Assembly (NCBI GenBank): GCA_030141605.1
Contig: JAQGDQ010000230.1
Span: 248,001-312,000, forward strand
Source of the DNA: Tubiluchus corallicola
Lineage: Eukaryota > Animalia > Priapulida
Reading direction: 5' to 3'
DNA length: 64,000 bases
Shown here: piece after piece, positions 49,135 through 60,950 of the stretch
Position numbering within the stretch: the stretch's first letter is position 1
Layout of the letters: the number at the start of each line of letters is the position of its first letter
Notes under the pieces: model-generated
Database searches by the model: none
What the model was told of the DNA's origin: nothing
The model's input: only the letters and a program-made list of their open reading frames with translations
Made by a program: the position numbers and the translations under genes

Positions 49135-52100
49135 GTAGGATTAACAAGGATACCATAGGTTTCATAGCAATTGCTTTGTAATAATTTGTTCAGGGTTTCA
49201 GACTTACTTAGTTATAATTAATACTAATAATACTAGGTAGTACATAATTAAAGGTTATGATTATAGTAATAAAATATGTAACTTTTAGTTCAACTACCAC
49301 AGATTTATTTATTGTTGACTGATGTAGTTTGGTGATAGCCTATCGCATTATTTCTGCGAAACTGCTGCTTATTATTACTTGACTACAACCTGTAAACTCG
49401 AATTATTTTAATGGGTAAAGCATAATAATCATTAACACAAAAATATTAGAAATGTCTGTGCATTACTGGTTATAATAATAGTTTTAGTTTCTTCCCAATT
49501 GCACACAAAACATATCCTTGTGCGACCTTTGCTATCTGTACTAAAATAAGTTCAGATAGACAGAAATCTATACCAACAAACGTGTACAACACCATAATTA
49601 TTGTTGGTGCAGTATATCAAATGCTTCCTTTTGGTTTCTTGTTGTCTCATTAAGGATTTATTTTTCACTTTCAGCCTTCTGGAAAAAACATGGAGCAAAA
49701 AACCACATTATTTTTGGCCATTTTTTTTTACAAAAGTTGTGATTTTATATTGTAGAGAATATAACTGTGTTATGTGGCTGCTATGCAATTAAAAAAATTC
49801 ATTCAGCTTGACATTGGGGTGTTAGTAGACATAATTTGGTTTCCAGTAATGCCTAGTGAAAGTGTGAAAGTTGTGCTTCAAAGTTCTTAACTTCCAGTGC
49901 TGCATGTGTGCATCTATTTGCAAGTCTGCCATCTTTTTGCTCAGAAAATATGTGGGTATTTAAGGTTTAGTTTGTAACATTAATGCATCTGTGATCATTT
50001 TTGTTGTTATTGATGCGTTGATAATGATGGTGTCAATCATATCGATGTCAGTCATAACGATAACGATGTCGTGATGGTGATGATAATGGTGTCGATGAAA
50101 GTTGATAATTATATTGTTCATTCGTCACTTTTGCTGCCTCATGAAAGCTTCACTTTCCATAAGATGTAAGAGTAAGTCACAATTTCTAGATATTCATTCG
50201 GTTTTTCATTCTGTTTTGGCTAATTACATTCATAATATTCGTGTTTCTTTACTCCATTATCAGATCAATAAGTTTTAAATGGAGAGTAATATAACTTTCA
50301 GGTAGCAAAAAATTTATCCAACAAAACAAGAATAAAAAGAGCTAAAGATACTTCATTCTCATTATTGTCATCTTCATCATCACCATCATCTTCGTCGTCA
50401 TCATCATCACCATTATCATCATCATCATTAATTTATCATCATCAACTACTTATTGTCTGGTTTGCTTCAAAGCAAAATAATTTCTTTACTTGCCACAAAC
50501 TGGCAAAAACAGTTGTCAGCCTATCTGTTTTAAAAGGTGGTTATGCATATTTATAATAAGTATGCCAATAAAGGGATAGAAACATTAACAAAGCAGCTGT
50601 TTATTGTTATAGGGCAAAAGATTAGTGTTACAGCTGAGATCACAGAGGGAGGTCAATGCTTTTTCTCTTGTGCTCATTACATATCAGATGAAAGAGGGGA
50701 AGCCAATTTAGCATTATTAAATTCTTTAGGTGGATCATATACAGGTAAAATGCAATGCAAGGATGGAGTACAAATTTATTTAATGGTTTGATACATTTTG
50801 TAATGGGTGTACAATTTCATTTTATTTTGTGAAATTTAGGTATCATTAATCGTTTTATTTTTGCTGTGTAGTACTGTCGTCCTGGTGTTGTCTTCTGCCA
50901 TATTGAATTGATTGTGTAATGTTTTATCTTGCCAGCGTCATTGTGCATTGAAATTATACATATACTTACTTTAATAAACAAAAAACCGATTTTATATACA
51001 TACATAGGCCTATGTGAGCTCCTAAAAGGGTCTACTATTGAGTCAATGTCGTTGTTGTTTGTTAGTGCAGTAAACTTCATTATAAGAAACTAGTTGGGGA
51101 AGATAGACCATAGTAAATGATAGTCTTATAATAACCAGGTGATACGTACTTGGCACGTCTTCTTGGAGAAAATAACAACCAATAAAACTATTCAAGACAC
51201 AGAAAAATGTAATGTGTGAAGTTAATATATTATTGTTTTAAACAATATATAGAAAAGTGAATGAATAATAATAATGCACTGCAAATTACTTCACATTGCC
51301 CCACTTTCACTGCTGGGCACATGATGCACAGTGTGCCACCTGGCATCCTGGATCCTAATCTGGACACATGTCATCGTTAGTAACTTATGACATACTTGTC
51401 CATTGTAACCAAAATGAAGTGAACAGCAGAAATAGTCCATTATATCCGAAATCAGTTAAAACGAAGTTTACTGTTGTTGCAAGAACTCTAGTTTTCTGGC
51501 TTAGATCCATAAATGAGGTTAGTGCATGAATAAATACTCAACGTGTATTTAAAATTGGTGAATTTATTTAATCTCTTAAGAAATGTTATTTTCCTAACCA
51601 GGAGTGATGCCTATGGGATTGTTTTCGTCTTTGGTGGCCATGCATGGTAAAACGAATAACCAGCTGCTCATTCAAAAGGATACATCAGAACCTTTGACAT
51701 TTTGTCTAAAGGTATTTGATGGCTTTCTTAGGCTGGAAGAATTATGTAACAACAAAAAACTGCCTATAGCAACAACAGCAGTCAAACGATGGTATCGATC
51801 AATAGGAGTCACCTCAATAGACATCAGGGATGGATCACTTCGTGGGAAGCTGTTCTTGCCAAAAGGTGAATTGTAAATTAGAAGTTAATTATGATATGCA
51901 TATCACTTATTTCATTATTTTTTAAGTTTTTAAATGCTTATAAATGAAGTGTATGGCTAAGTGGAAAGGCAGTTTTTTAGTCACTATACTTTAAACGAGT
52001 ATTATGCCTTTGACATCAAGCTATATCATTCCTATATCTTGGCTGTTTGCCTCGTAAGGGGAGGATACATGCTGGTTCTTTGCTATATCTTAGTTGGATA

Positions 52101-55100
52101 TTTCATTTATTAGTGAGTTAAACTCTGGTTGTGCCACAAAAAACATATCGCTTTGCAGGCTTTTTTTGATGCTGCTCTTGCTGGATTATGGATTGGGCTG
52201 TCCAAACTATATAAAAGGAAATTTCATTGACAATCAGATAATCACTTTTTAAATTAATTATACGCTATTTGAAAAAATAGTATGCTAACTGACAAGTGGT
52301 AGTTGATGAAATCATATATGAAATCACAAGAGATTTATGGGAAGAATTGTCACTTTAAGAAGTTATTGGATTTCATATTTCAGTTGCTTTCTCTGCAAAT
52401 ATTTGCTCAGAAAAATAAAGTATTTGAATGATTTCTCAATCTGATTTTTTAACAAGGGATTAATATTTGTCAGTAGTGAAATAGCAGATAAATACCAAAA
52501 TTGAAAATAAAAAACATTTTAGTGTTTTATAGGTCTACATCTATAACTTTGTTAATCATTAGCTTGTCACATTGTTAATATTGTGTAAACTACATTCTTT
52601 TTTGCCTATTGTAGTTTTTTAGATGTAGGTTTATCATGTAGCCATTAGCCTGGTGTATCACCTTAAAGACTTAGTGCTTTTTACATTAGCCACTTCATGT
52701 GCATCTACTGTAAAAATTTGCCTAAACTATGATGGAAACTGTGATTTTAAGACAACTAAGAGCTAACAAGTTTTTTTTCATAAACGTCCTTGAAAAAGTC
52801 TGTTTACTGTGCAGAATTTTGTTCATTTGTGTCTTGTAATTTCAGTGCCTGTTGACAAACAAGCAGACAAACCTGACTAATTTCACATAATAATATATGT
52901 ACGATTACATTTCAATTTCTGATAGGACCTGGTCCCTTTCTCGGTGTGATTGATCTTTTTGGCATTCATGGCTTAGTCGAACATCGGGCAGCATTATTTG
53001 CTTCTCGGGGATTTGCCTGTTTAGCTCTTGCTTACGTCGGATATGATGATCTACCCCGTGACTATCAAATAAAGTTGGAGTATTTTGAGGTGAGATTTGA
53101 AATAACAGTATACCGTTTAAGTGCTAGTTACCTATCGCCTTCTACTTTTCATTTCATTTCTTGTGTGTTATAGGCTGTCCACACGGTCATTCAACACACT
53201 GTCAGTCAGTGTTGAAGGGCCGTGTGGACAGCAAGAATGACAATAAAATTTGAATGTCATTCATATTTGACAATATCAAATTATCAAACTGGTCTTGATT
53301 CTCGTTAGTGGTGACTCAGTTAGAAGATCCCATTTACAGCAGGTGCCAAACTGCTTGATGTCACTAACAAATTATTAACAAATAGAGATTGTCAAATTTT
53401 TTGTCTCTTGAGGTCAGAAATTTCTGGGACTGTCTGAAGATGGGGTCAGGAGTAGGGAATGTATAATACTTTTTTATAGACTGGTACAAGGAATTGTATA
53501 GGAACTTGCACTTGTATTGCCACGACTAATTAATTCACGAAAACGCTGTCCATGATGCTTTAACAACCTGGTCTTTCTGCATTAGGTAGCAGTAAAAATT
53601 TGTTTAGTAATCGCTCATCATATGAATATAGTTTAAAAAGTCATTTGCACTTCTAATCTTAATTCCTGAAAAAATTGACAATAATTTGTTTCATTTCTTT
53701 ACTACAAACACTTTTTTATCAAAAAGTTCTTTGATTTCATTTTCCCTTTGCAGCACATTCTATAGCTTTTGTAAGCTGTTTCATACAAGCTGTTTTGGCA
53801 AAAAGAACAGCCCTTCAACAAATAGTTATGTGCAGAAGTAACCATCAGTGAAAACTAACCGTGTGACCACAGTTCAGTGTTATGAATGTCATTTTTTGAA
53901 TTAAGGATTATATGTAGGAAAATGTACCAGTCTGTAATCACTACATCGTGTAACATACTATTGAATTTGCAGTGTTGGTTGATGTTACGTCATGCCTGTA
54001 AATCTATGAAAATTTTGAATTTTTGAGGTTTGCATGTGTTTTCTATGTGTCATAAGTCCAGTTGGAACCAGTGACATAATGTGTGCTTGTGACAATACTA
54101 CTTTAATAAACCCCTTTTTCATAGCTTAAGTTTTAGTAAGCACTTTGCAATATTAATTTCAACTTTGATTTGCTGCAATGATGTGACTCTATCTTTTGTG
54201 TGTGTGTGTATAATCTGGTAATTTCTTTACTAAAATAAGTTAAGTTTCTGTTACTGGTTCACGAATAAACAACACTTCCAAGTTAAAAGCTTCAGGAACA
54301 GTAAAGCAATAGTAAATTTTTACATGATAAATTAAAAAGAATTTGCTGTGCTGCATACTTTGTGCAATTATTGTAGATATGCTGCTTTGTTTTGTGGTTG
54401 TGTTGTGTATTTCTATGGTTGACCTTCATAAAGGCGCGCTACACATTAAAAATTTATCGTATAAGATTGGATTACCAATACTGTCCTTTATGCCATTAAT
54501 CAGGAATGTTAGCCTTGATAGCAACACAAACCCGTCTTTCAATGGTAGCTCACACAGATGCAACAGATTTTTTAGTCTTTGTTGTCGACGTTTGACCTCT
54601 AACAATATTTGCACCGCTCTGTGAATTATAAACTGCAAATCAAACTTAACAAGTTGCTACACAGTTTGTAGACATGAATAGCACATGATGCTGTGCAAGT
54701 TTCAGCTTTCATTTCCATCCCATATGTACTTGGTACTGTTTGCTTTGTAGGAAGCCATAGAGTTTATGACACATCATCCAAAAGTCACTCCTGGAGGTGT
54801 TGGCATCCATGCTACATCCTTTGGAGGTGAAATTGCTTTGGAAATAGCTTCATACTGTGGAAACAAAGACAAGGTGGGTAAGCTTTATAAGGAACATTCT
54901 AAATACACTTTTTTGAATGGCAAATCAGACTGAATATGCACATTTTCACAATATTTCATCAAATGAGTGGTTTCAGTCTCATCATGATCACATATCATAA
55001 GAAGGACCTACAGTTTAATGCTGGACACTGGCTTGCATTGTTCCCAGCTGTTCACTAAAAATGGTTATTTCTGTCAAATGGTTTTTACAAAGTATTTAAA

Positions 55101-58100
55101 ATCTTTATTTTTTATGCCTATGTTCCTGCTATAAATTAAAACTCGTACTTTTGCATTAGCCACACCTGGGTAAAAAACGAGTGTTCACAAAACTCCAGAC
55201 AAATTTTAGTCTTTTTATGCCATCAGTTGCACATACATTATTACATCGTGTTAAGTGCTTCCGTTAGTTAACACAACACCACCTGAAACTTGAGCACTTA
55301 GTTTTATGGTTTTCTGTCACCTTATTTGTTCCAGTGTCAGTGTAATGCTTTCAGGTGAAAGCGCTCGTTTGTGTTAATCCCTACATTCGTTCTACAACAT
55401 TCGTGTCATATAGAGGACAACATTTGCCAAATTATTTGGTAATGTAAGTATGCTGTTTCTCGTATGTATTGATTATTTCAATTTCTTGTATTTTTAAAAA
55501 AGTTTTCAAGTAAAAAGTCAAAATGAGGCTTATTTTGTGTAGAATTTTTTACTTTTATGGCTACAATTTTAGCCTATAATAGTAACTTCTTTGGCGGTGA
55601 TTTACAGTCATTGCATTGTGTTACAGTAGTATTATTTTTTTATTAATTTTATTTATTTTATTCGTATAAAAATTTTTTATACAGCAATGTAGTTTTAGTA
55701 CAAATAATTAATACAATGAAAAATTTTTCTTAGTAATTAAAAATACAACAAAAGATGATGAAATCCTTATATACATCACCATCATGCTACAATCTACATG
55801 TAGTTGCTTACACATTCATAAAATGCTTTTCTAACATTTCTTTTCACATTAAAATTAAAGCAAAGAGTACAAACGATACTTTATTCTTAACTCAACATCT
55901 GAATCACCATCAACATAAAATACAACATTTTTGGTATAACAAGTGATTTGGAATTTTGAATTCTTCTTAAAAGTCCCAATTTATGACTGTCAAAAAATTT
56001 GCTGGCATGGTATCACAATAGTACACGAGTGGTTTTATACTTTCGTTTTGTTTAAAGTCAAATATTTTTCTATACTCACAGTCCCAACTTACTCTATTTA
56101 CATTTGCATCTATAGTGGAAATGCCACCAATTTAACTTCCGTTCAACAAAATAGGAAGACAATGAGAACTAATTAATTTTTTGCCACTATTGGTTTGCGT
56201 TTGGGCTCCATTGTCTGTGTAATACTTATTAAGTACGGTGTTACAATTTGTTCATTTAAACTAATGCTCATTATTATTTTAGGGAAGATTACAAAATTGC
56301 TCACTATAAGGATGGTTTCGCATACGAATATCTAGATTTGCAAAACCAAATTTCCACAGAGAAAATTATTCCTGTAAGTTCTAGTGTGAATTATAGCTAT
56401 AGCAGAATGTTCTAAATGACTTTTGAAAAAAAACTACAATTTTTTATTGTCATTCATTTTGAAAATCTACTACAATTGTAGCAGGCTTTTCTTGTAATGT
56501 GTTCGTATTACACAGGCAGTTTCTGCATTAATTTTTAATGCTATTTTTTCCATTAATGCTAAACAACATGACTGAAACCCCGACAGTACATTAAGTATTA
56601 TGTAAATTAGTATGAATTGTGTGTAATGATAAATTTGAAGTGTTTATTAGTGAATAATCTATAAAAATAGCAAACAAATTCAGTTATGTTAACAATTTTA
56701 ATCATTGTACTACATGAGTAAGATCATAAATATATTCAGATGAATTCTATGACATTAATTTATGTAGAACATTTGATGCAATCCAATTTGTCTCTTTTAA
56801 ATAAGGTACATATGTAGTACATATAATACATAGGACAGTTATTCAGCAGATGATTAGTACAACATTATAGAATATTTAGTACACAATAATGTTTTTAAAT
56901 TTTTTATGACAAGAAGAATATTGGTTTTGTAGGGTCCCGTGACCTCCACAGTCATAATAGTTAAAAATATTTGGTATATTGCGGTGGAAAATGTATGCCG
57001 CCAGTTTCTGTTCTTTGTTTCTGATATGCAGAGGTCCTGTGATAAAATGTAATAAAATTTAGTACGCAATTTTTTGTGATACCATTGTTATTGTTTTAAT
57101 AGATAAACAAAGCTAGTGCACAATTACTGTTTGTCATTGGAGGTGATGATAAAACTGTACCATGCGCACGAAATGCTGAAGTTTTGACTCTTCTCATGGA
57201 CAAACATAAAAAGCGCAATTATGAAATATTGTACTACCCAGGAGCAGGGCACATGATAGACCCTCCACATTCGCCCTTGTTTTGTTCATCATGGTACCCT
57301 CCAGCAGGTATTCAGTGCTAGCATAAGATTATTGCATATTTAGCTTTCATTAATTTTATTAAAAATTCTTAATAATTTTTCTCCGTAAAATCTGTTTCGT
57401 ATGATATGAAATTAGATAAAAATATTCTGTAACATTTTTTATATATTATTAATTTTAATTAAATATTGTACCCTAATCTATTTCATTTATTGTAAGTAGC
57501 ACAACTTTAATAGACTGCTATGCTTCATTTCTTTGCAAGTCTTTAAATGGTTCAAATTGTGATATTTTTTAATAAAACCTTTATAACAATTACAAAATTT
57601 TTGAATTGCAGTGATAATTTTTGGTGAACTGTTCCTTTCTAATGTAAAAATTCAAACGAGCAACCAGACGTGTAAATAGAAACCACGCAGATAAGCAGGG
57701 ACTCACTGCATATGAAACTATTCAGAAGTTTTCCTTGCTGTAACCCTTCCATGTGCTGCATAGGTTCTGTATTGCCTGCTTTTATAGCAAGCATACATTG
57801 TGACCAGTCAACTATTCTATTGCCTGATGAATGAATGCAGCGTTTCTAAAACAAATTCCTGAAATTTTCGCAATTGCTATAAATAAATATTGATTTCTCT
57901 TTTATTTTTGAAGCCAGGCGCTGCATTTAAATGTTGTAATAGTTTACTAACAACTGCAATAGAGCATAAATAAACGAGTTCTGAGTGGTTAGTGATTAAT
58001 AAATACTCTAGCTTGACTATGTTTGTACCATTTTTTTCTTTTCGTTAGAGTTACCTTAATCATAATCAGCATTTCAACCTATGCTTTATCTGGTAGTATG

Positions 58101-58532
58101 TTGTATGTTGAATTTGGTCACGTCCTCTACTTCTGAAATTAAAGTGGCTCAAAAGAGTAAGTGTCTGACCTTGTCCAGATTTTATAAAAATAGCTGACTA
58201 ACATGTATGCTTAGCAACTAAAGTTAAGTAATCCTGAGCCTAGTAATTAAATGGATGGTGACAAGCAGAAAAGTACTTATAAACCGTTTATCCGTAATAA
58301 CTGCTCTCACCAGTTTACATTGTTGAGGGAATTTTTTTGTTCTTTTTGGGTTTGTCAACATAGGGCAGACTCCTGCTAATGCAAGTTTGTGAAAATGAAC
58401 AATTGTTTTTGTTTTCTTTAACTAGAAATGGTAATGGTTCACGGAGGAAAACTAAAGGAACATGCATTTGCGCAAGAGGATTCTTGGCGAAAAATCTTGC
58501 AGTTTTTTCTAGCAACATTATGCAAAGATTAA
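49056..58532 (+). CDS. Acyl-CoA thioesterase (type I) / bile acid-CoA:amino acid N-acyltransferase family protein, 9 exons, 417 aa (whole CDS span)
   Basis: join(49056-49134,50613-50744,51602-51865,52926-53089,54751-54873,55355-55443,56283-56373,57103-57307,58426-58532) = 1254 nt, open, all introns GT-AG. Family motifs: [104 protein letters not shown]. Orthology to a specific ACOT/BAAT/ACNAT paralog cannot be decided here. Confidence 0.93.
50368..50445. repeat. Imperfect (TCA)n repeat
   Basis: Explains the poly-Ser pseudo-ORF 50365-50556. Confidence 0.8.
50613..50744 (+). CDS. ACOT/BAAT-family exon 2
   Basis: ttatag|GG ... ACAG|GTAAAA; [11 protein letters not shown]...[14 protein letters not shown]...SLGGSYTG. 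Confidence 0.92.
51602..51865 (+). CDS. ACOT/BAAT-family exon 3
   Basis: ctaaccag|GA ... AAAG|GTGAAT; [10 protein letters not shown]...VKRWY...[15 protein letters not shown]. Confidence 0.93.
52926..53089 (+). CDS. ACOT/BAAT-family exon 4
   Basis: ctgatag|GA ... GAG|GTGAGA; [36 protein letters not shown]...LEYFE. Confidence 0.94.
53174..53232. repeat. 59-nt inverted repeat / hairpin in ACOT intron 4
   Basis: GCTGTCCACACGGTCATTCAACAC ... GTGTTGAAGGGCCGTGTGGACAGC; 24-nt arms with 2 non-Watson-Crick positions. Confidence 0.85.
54751..54873 (+). CDS. ACOT/BAAT-family exon 5 (nucleophile elbow; Ser codon 54817-54819)
   Basis: ctttgtag|GAA ... AAG|GTGGGT; [34 protein letters not shown]. Confidence 0.92.
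55355..55443 (+). CDS. ACOT/BAAT-family exon 6
   Basis: ctttcag|GTG ... AT|GTAAGT (phase 2, which the next exon requires); VKALVCVNP...YRGQHLP. Confidence 0.85.
56283..56373 (+). CDS. ACOT/BAAT-family exon 7
   Basis: attttag|G ... CCT|GTAAGT; [13 protein letters not shown]...TEKIIP. It joins the next exon to give IPINKA, like the family IPxEKA. Confidence 0.85.
57103..57307 (+). CDS. ACOT/BAAT-family exon 8 (catalytic Asp 57148-57150 and His 57250-57252)
   Basis: tttaatag|ATA ... GCAG|GTATTC; [17 protein letters not shown]...[19 protein letters not shown]. Confidence 0.94.
58426..58532 (+). CDS. ACOT/BAAT-family terminal exon 9
   Basis: ctttaactag|AA, phase 1; [38 protein letters not shown] at 58530-58532. 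Confidence 0.92.
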
Positions 58533-58630
58533 AATTAATACATATCGATAGATACTTGTGGTCTGTATTTATTGCAAAGGGAAAAACAGTTTAACTTTTA
58601 TTTAGCCAAAAAATATATCATTCTGGTTTT

Positions 58631-58636
58631 AATAAA
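58631..58636 (+). terminator. Candidate polyadenylation signal for the ACOT/BAAT-family gene
   Basis: AATAAA ~100 nt after the stop codon, followed by T/GT-rich sequence. Confidence 0.4.
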
Positions 58637-59522
58637 ATTTGTTGCAACTTTTGTAGATTATAGTACAAACTTATGTTAGCGACGTTGGCAGACAAATGTG
58701 TGTTTAACTTTCGATTCTCCTGATTTGTTTTTAATATTGTTTGGCTTATAGAAAACAGACCACTTTCCAAGGTATTTAGTGCAAATCTAAATGCAAGTAA
58801 TAACTAGTATACTGCAAGTATAATTAGTATTAGTGTAAACTCTAGAATGTTTGCAAATAATGATATTATTGGCTATTTGAAATTGGTAAGAAGTGTTCAT
58901 GCTTTTTGCAGGCACAAATTCGAATTGTTATTTACAAGTCAACATGATTACATTTGCCCATTGTCTTTCGAGCATTGATTAAAATTTAGGTGTTTTGTCC
59001 ATTAGCATTGTTAAGTGTAACTGTCACCTCGATGTAACTTTCTCGATGTCTTTCAATTGATTAAGAAATTTGTATTTTCTGTTGATCATTGTTGGAGTTG
59101 TTTTCTTTGATTTGATGAAAACTTATTTACAAATACAGCTAAATCTTGACAAATTTTTGTTGAAGTTATATTTCACCATATTACAAGGTCTTGAATCATC
59201 AATGTCAGCGTACAATTAATCAAATCAGTATTTGAATAAAAGTGTTCCTTTTTCTCCACATGGTCCTGTATATGATTTTTTAATTATTGACTTAATTGAT
59301 GTTATCTTTTAATTAAAGGTTGAACTGATTAAAGTAAAAAAGAAATTTTTTAATCAACTTCACTCTGATTCAGTTGCCCATGGCAGATGAGTAAAAGTTG
59401 TAAAGTTCTTGGTAGCACCAGTATAGGTGTACAAGATCCACAGATAGCAAAACTGATTTTGAAATAGAAAAACTACCTTAGCATGCAGCTTTTGACAGGT
59501 TAAAATTTAGACTCCCGCAGTT

Positions 59523-59649
59523 GTTTCGATACCTACCCAATGCTGAGCCTGCAAAGCTGGTGTATTAATTTCACAAACAATAAAAAGTTTGATACCTACC
59601 AAAAGCTGAGCCTGCAACGCTAGTGTATTAATTTCACAAACAAAAAGTT
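59523..59649. repeat. Tandem duplication, ~63-bp period, 2 copies
   Basis: gatacctacc.aa.gctgagcctgcaa.gct.gtgtattaatttcacaaacaa occurs twice. Confidence 0.85.
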
Positions 59650-60839
59650 CGCAGTTTGATTTGTGTTATTTTTCTTGTCCTTGTGTAGTGAGACTCGGTA
59701 ATTCTTCTTTATTTCTCAAAGGAGTTACAGCAGTTAGGTTACGGGTACTGAAAAAAAACAAATTAACTGTTTAATGGAACTTGCACAAAAATATGATGAT
59801 TTTAGTAGTAACGTTACATTTATGTTGTTGGTGGCAAAAGTAAAGATAAGACATGGTTAAAACGTGCACAGAAGTTAACAATTAATCACCAGTTAATTTA
59901 GTGACTAACTAAATAACTCATATTAACATAGTATAGTGACGATGATAACATTGTGGAATATGGAATGACTCACATTAAGTGTGCTGAAATTGCGTTCTGT
60001 GAAACATCGCGATGCATACTTAATTGTGATGGTAATTACTTGTACACATAGAATCTTGAATTTGGTGTAAATAACACATAATATTCATAAAGGAAAAACG
60101 CTGTTTTGCAAGCTTAGATACCTTTAAAATAATTGTTAATTAGACTGTCATTCAGTATCACCTTTTATAGGATTTTAATGCAAAGGCTGTTCAATTGGTA
60201 AGATTTAAATATATAACGCTCACTTAGCAGCCATTATAACTAAAAAACAAACAAAACGTTTGCTTTTTTGTCATTTCATGTTGAGATTGATCATTTATTA
60301 TTTCCTACACGTCCTTCCAGGTATTTCGTGTAGGTGTCCTTCTGATTGGTTTCACGACCTTCCAGCTTTAAATTCTAACGTTTGGCTTCTCTTGCCTTAA
60401 GAGTTACATAGTTACGAAATTTGTTCCGTAGTTTTCGCGTTTGTACTTCTGCAAGTAACGGACTTTTTAGCGATGCCCTGTGAATAAGAGCCAGTGTGTT
60501 GTTCAGTAGGATGTGTGTAGGCTGCTGCTTGTATACCGTAAAACTGGACTTGGTTTATTCTTTCCCCACGTGTAACGTTTAAATTGTCGTAACATTTCAT
60601 TTTGACCGACATTTATAGGCTTGGTGTTTAAACATGTCGGCATCCCCACAAAGGTAAAGACTTTTAATAGAGCGCGGTAACCTGACAATTAGCACTTGCG
60701 TGGGCGTGCTAATGGACGCTGAAAAGGAGCCGCTAAGGTGAAAAATAATAACAGTTGACAAATGAAAAAAGTGGGTTTTTTGAGTAAGCCACCCGACAGC
60801 CCGCATAGCACTAAATTCATCCTTTTCGACATCGGCGCG

Positions 60840-60950
60840 CTGCTGTTCTGCTGGTGGTGCTGCTGCTGTCGCCGCTCTTCTGTTGTTGCTGCTGCTGCCA
60901 CTGACTTATCTGCTTGTCACTGCTCTGGCGCTGCTGCTGCTATTGCAGCT
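60840..60950. repeat. Imperfect (CTG)n-rich tract
   Basis: Several short GCT/CTG runs within a GC-rich island. Confidence 0.7.

Noticed and set aside
50365-50556. Poly-Ser ORF
   Set aside because: Imperfect (TCA)n tract inside ACOT intron 1.
51954-52060. tRNA/SINE head (TGGCTAAGTGG A-box)
   Set aside because: No B-box or cloverleaf downstream; at most a decayed SINE.
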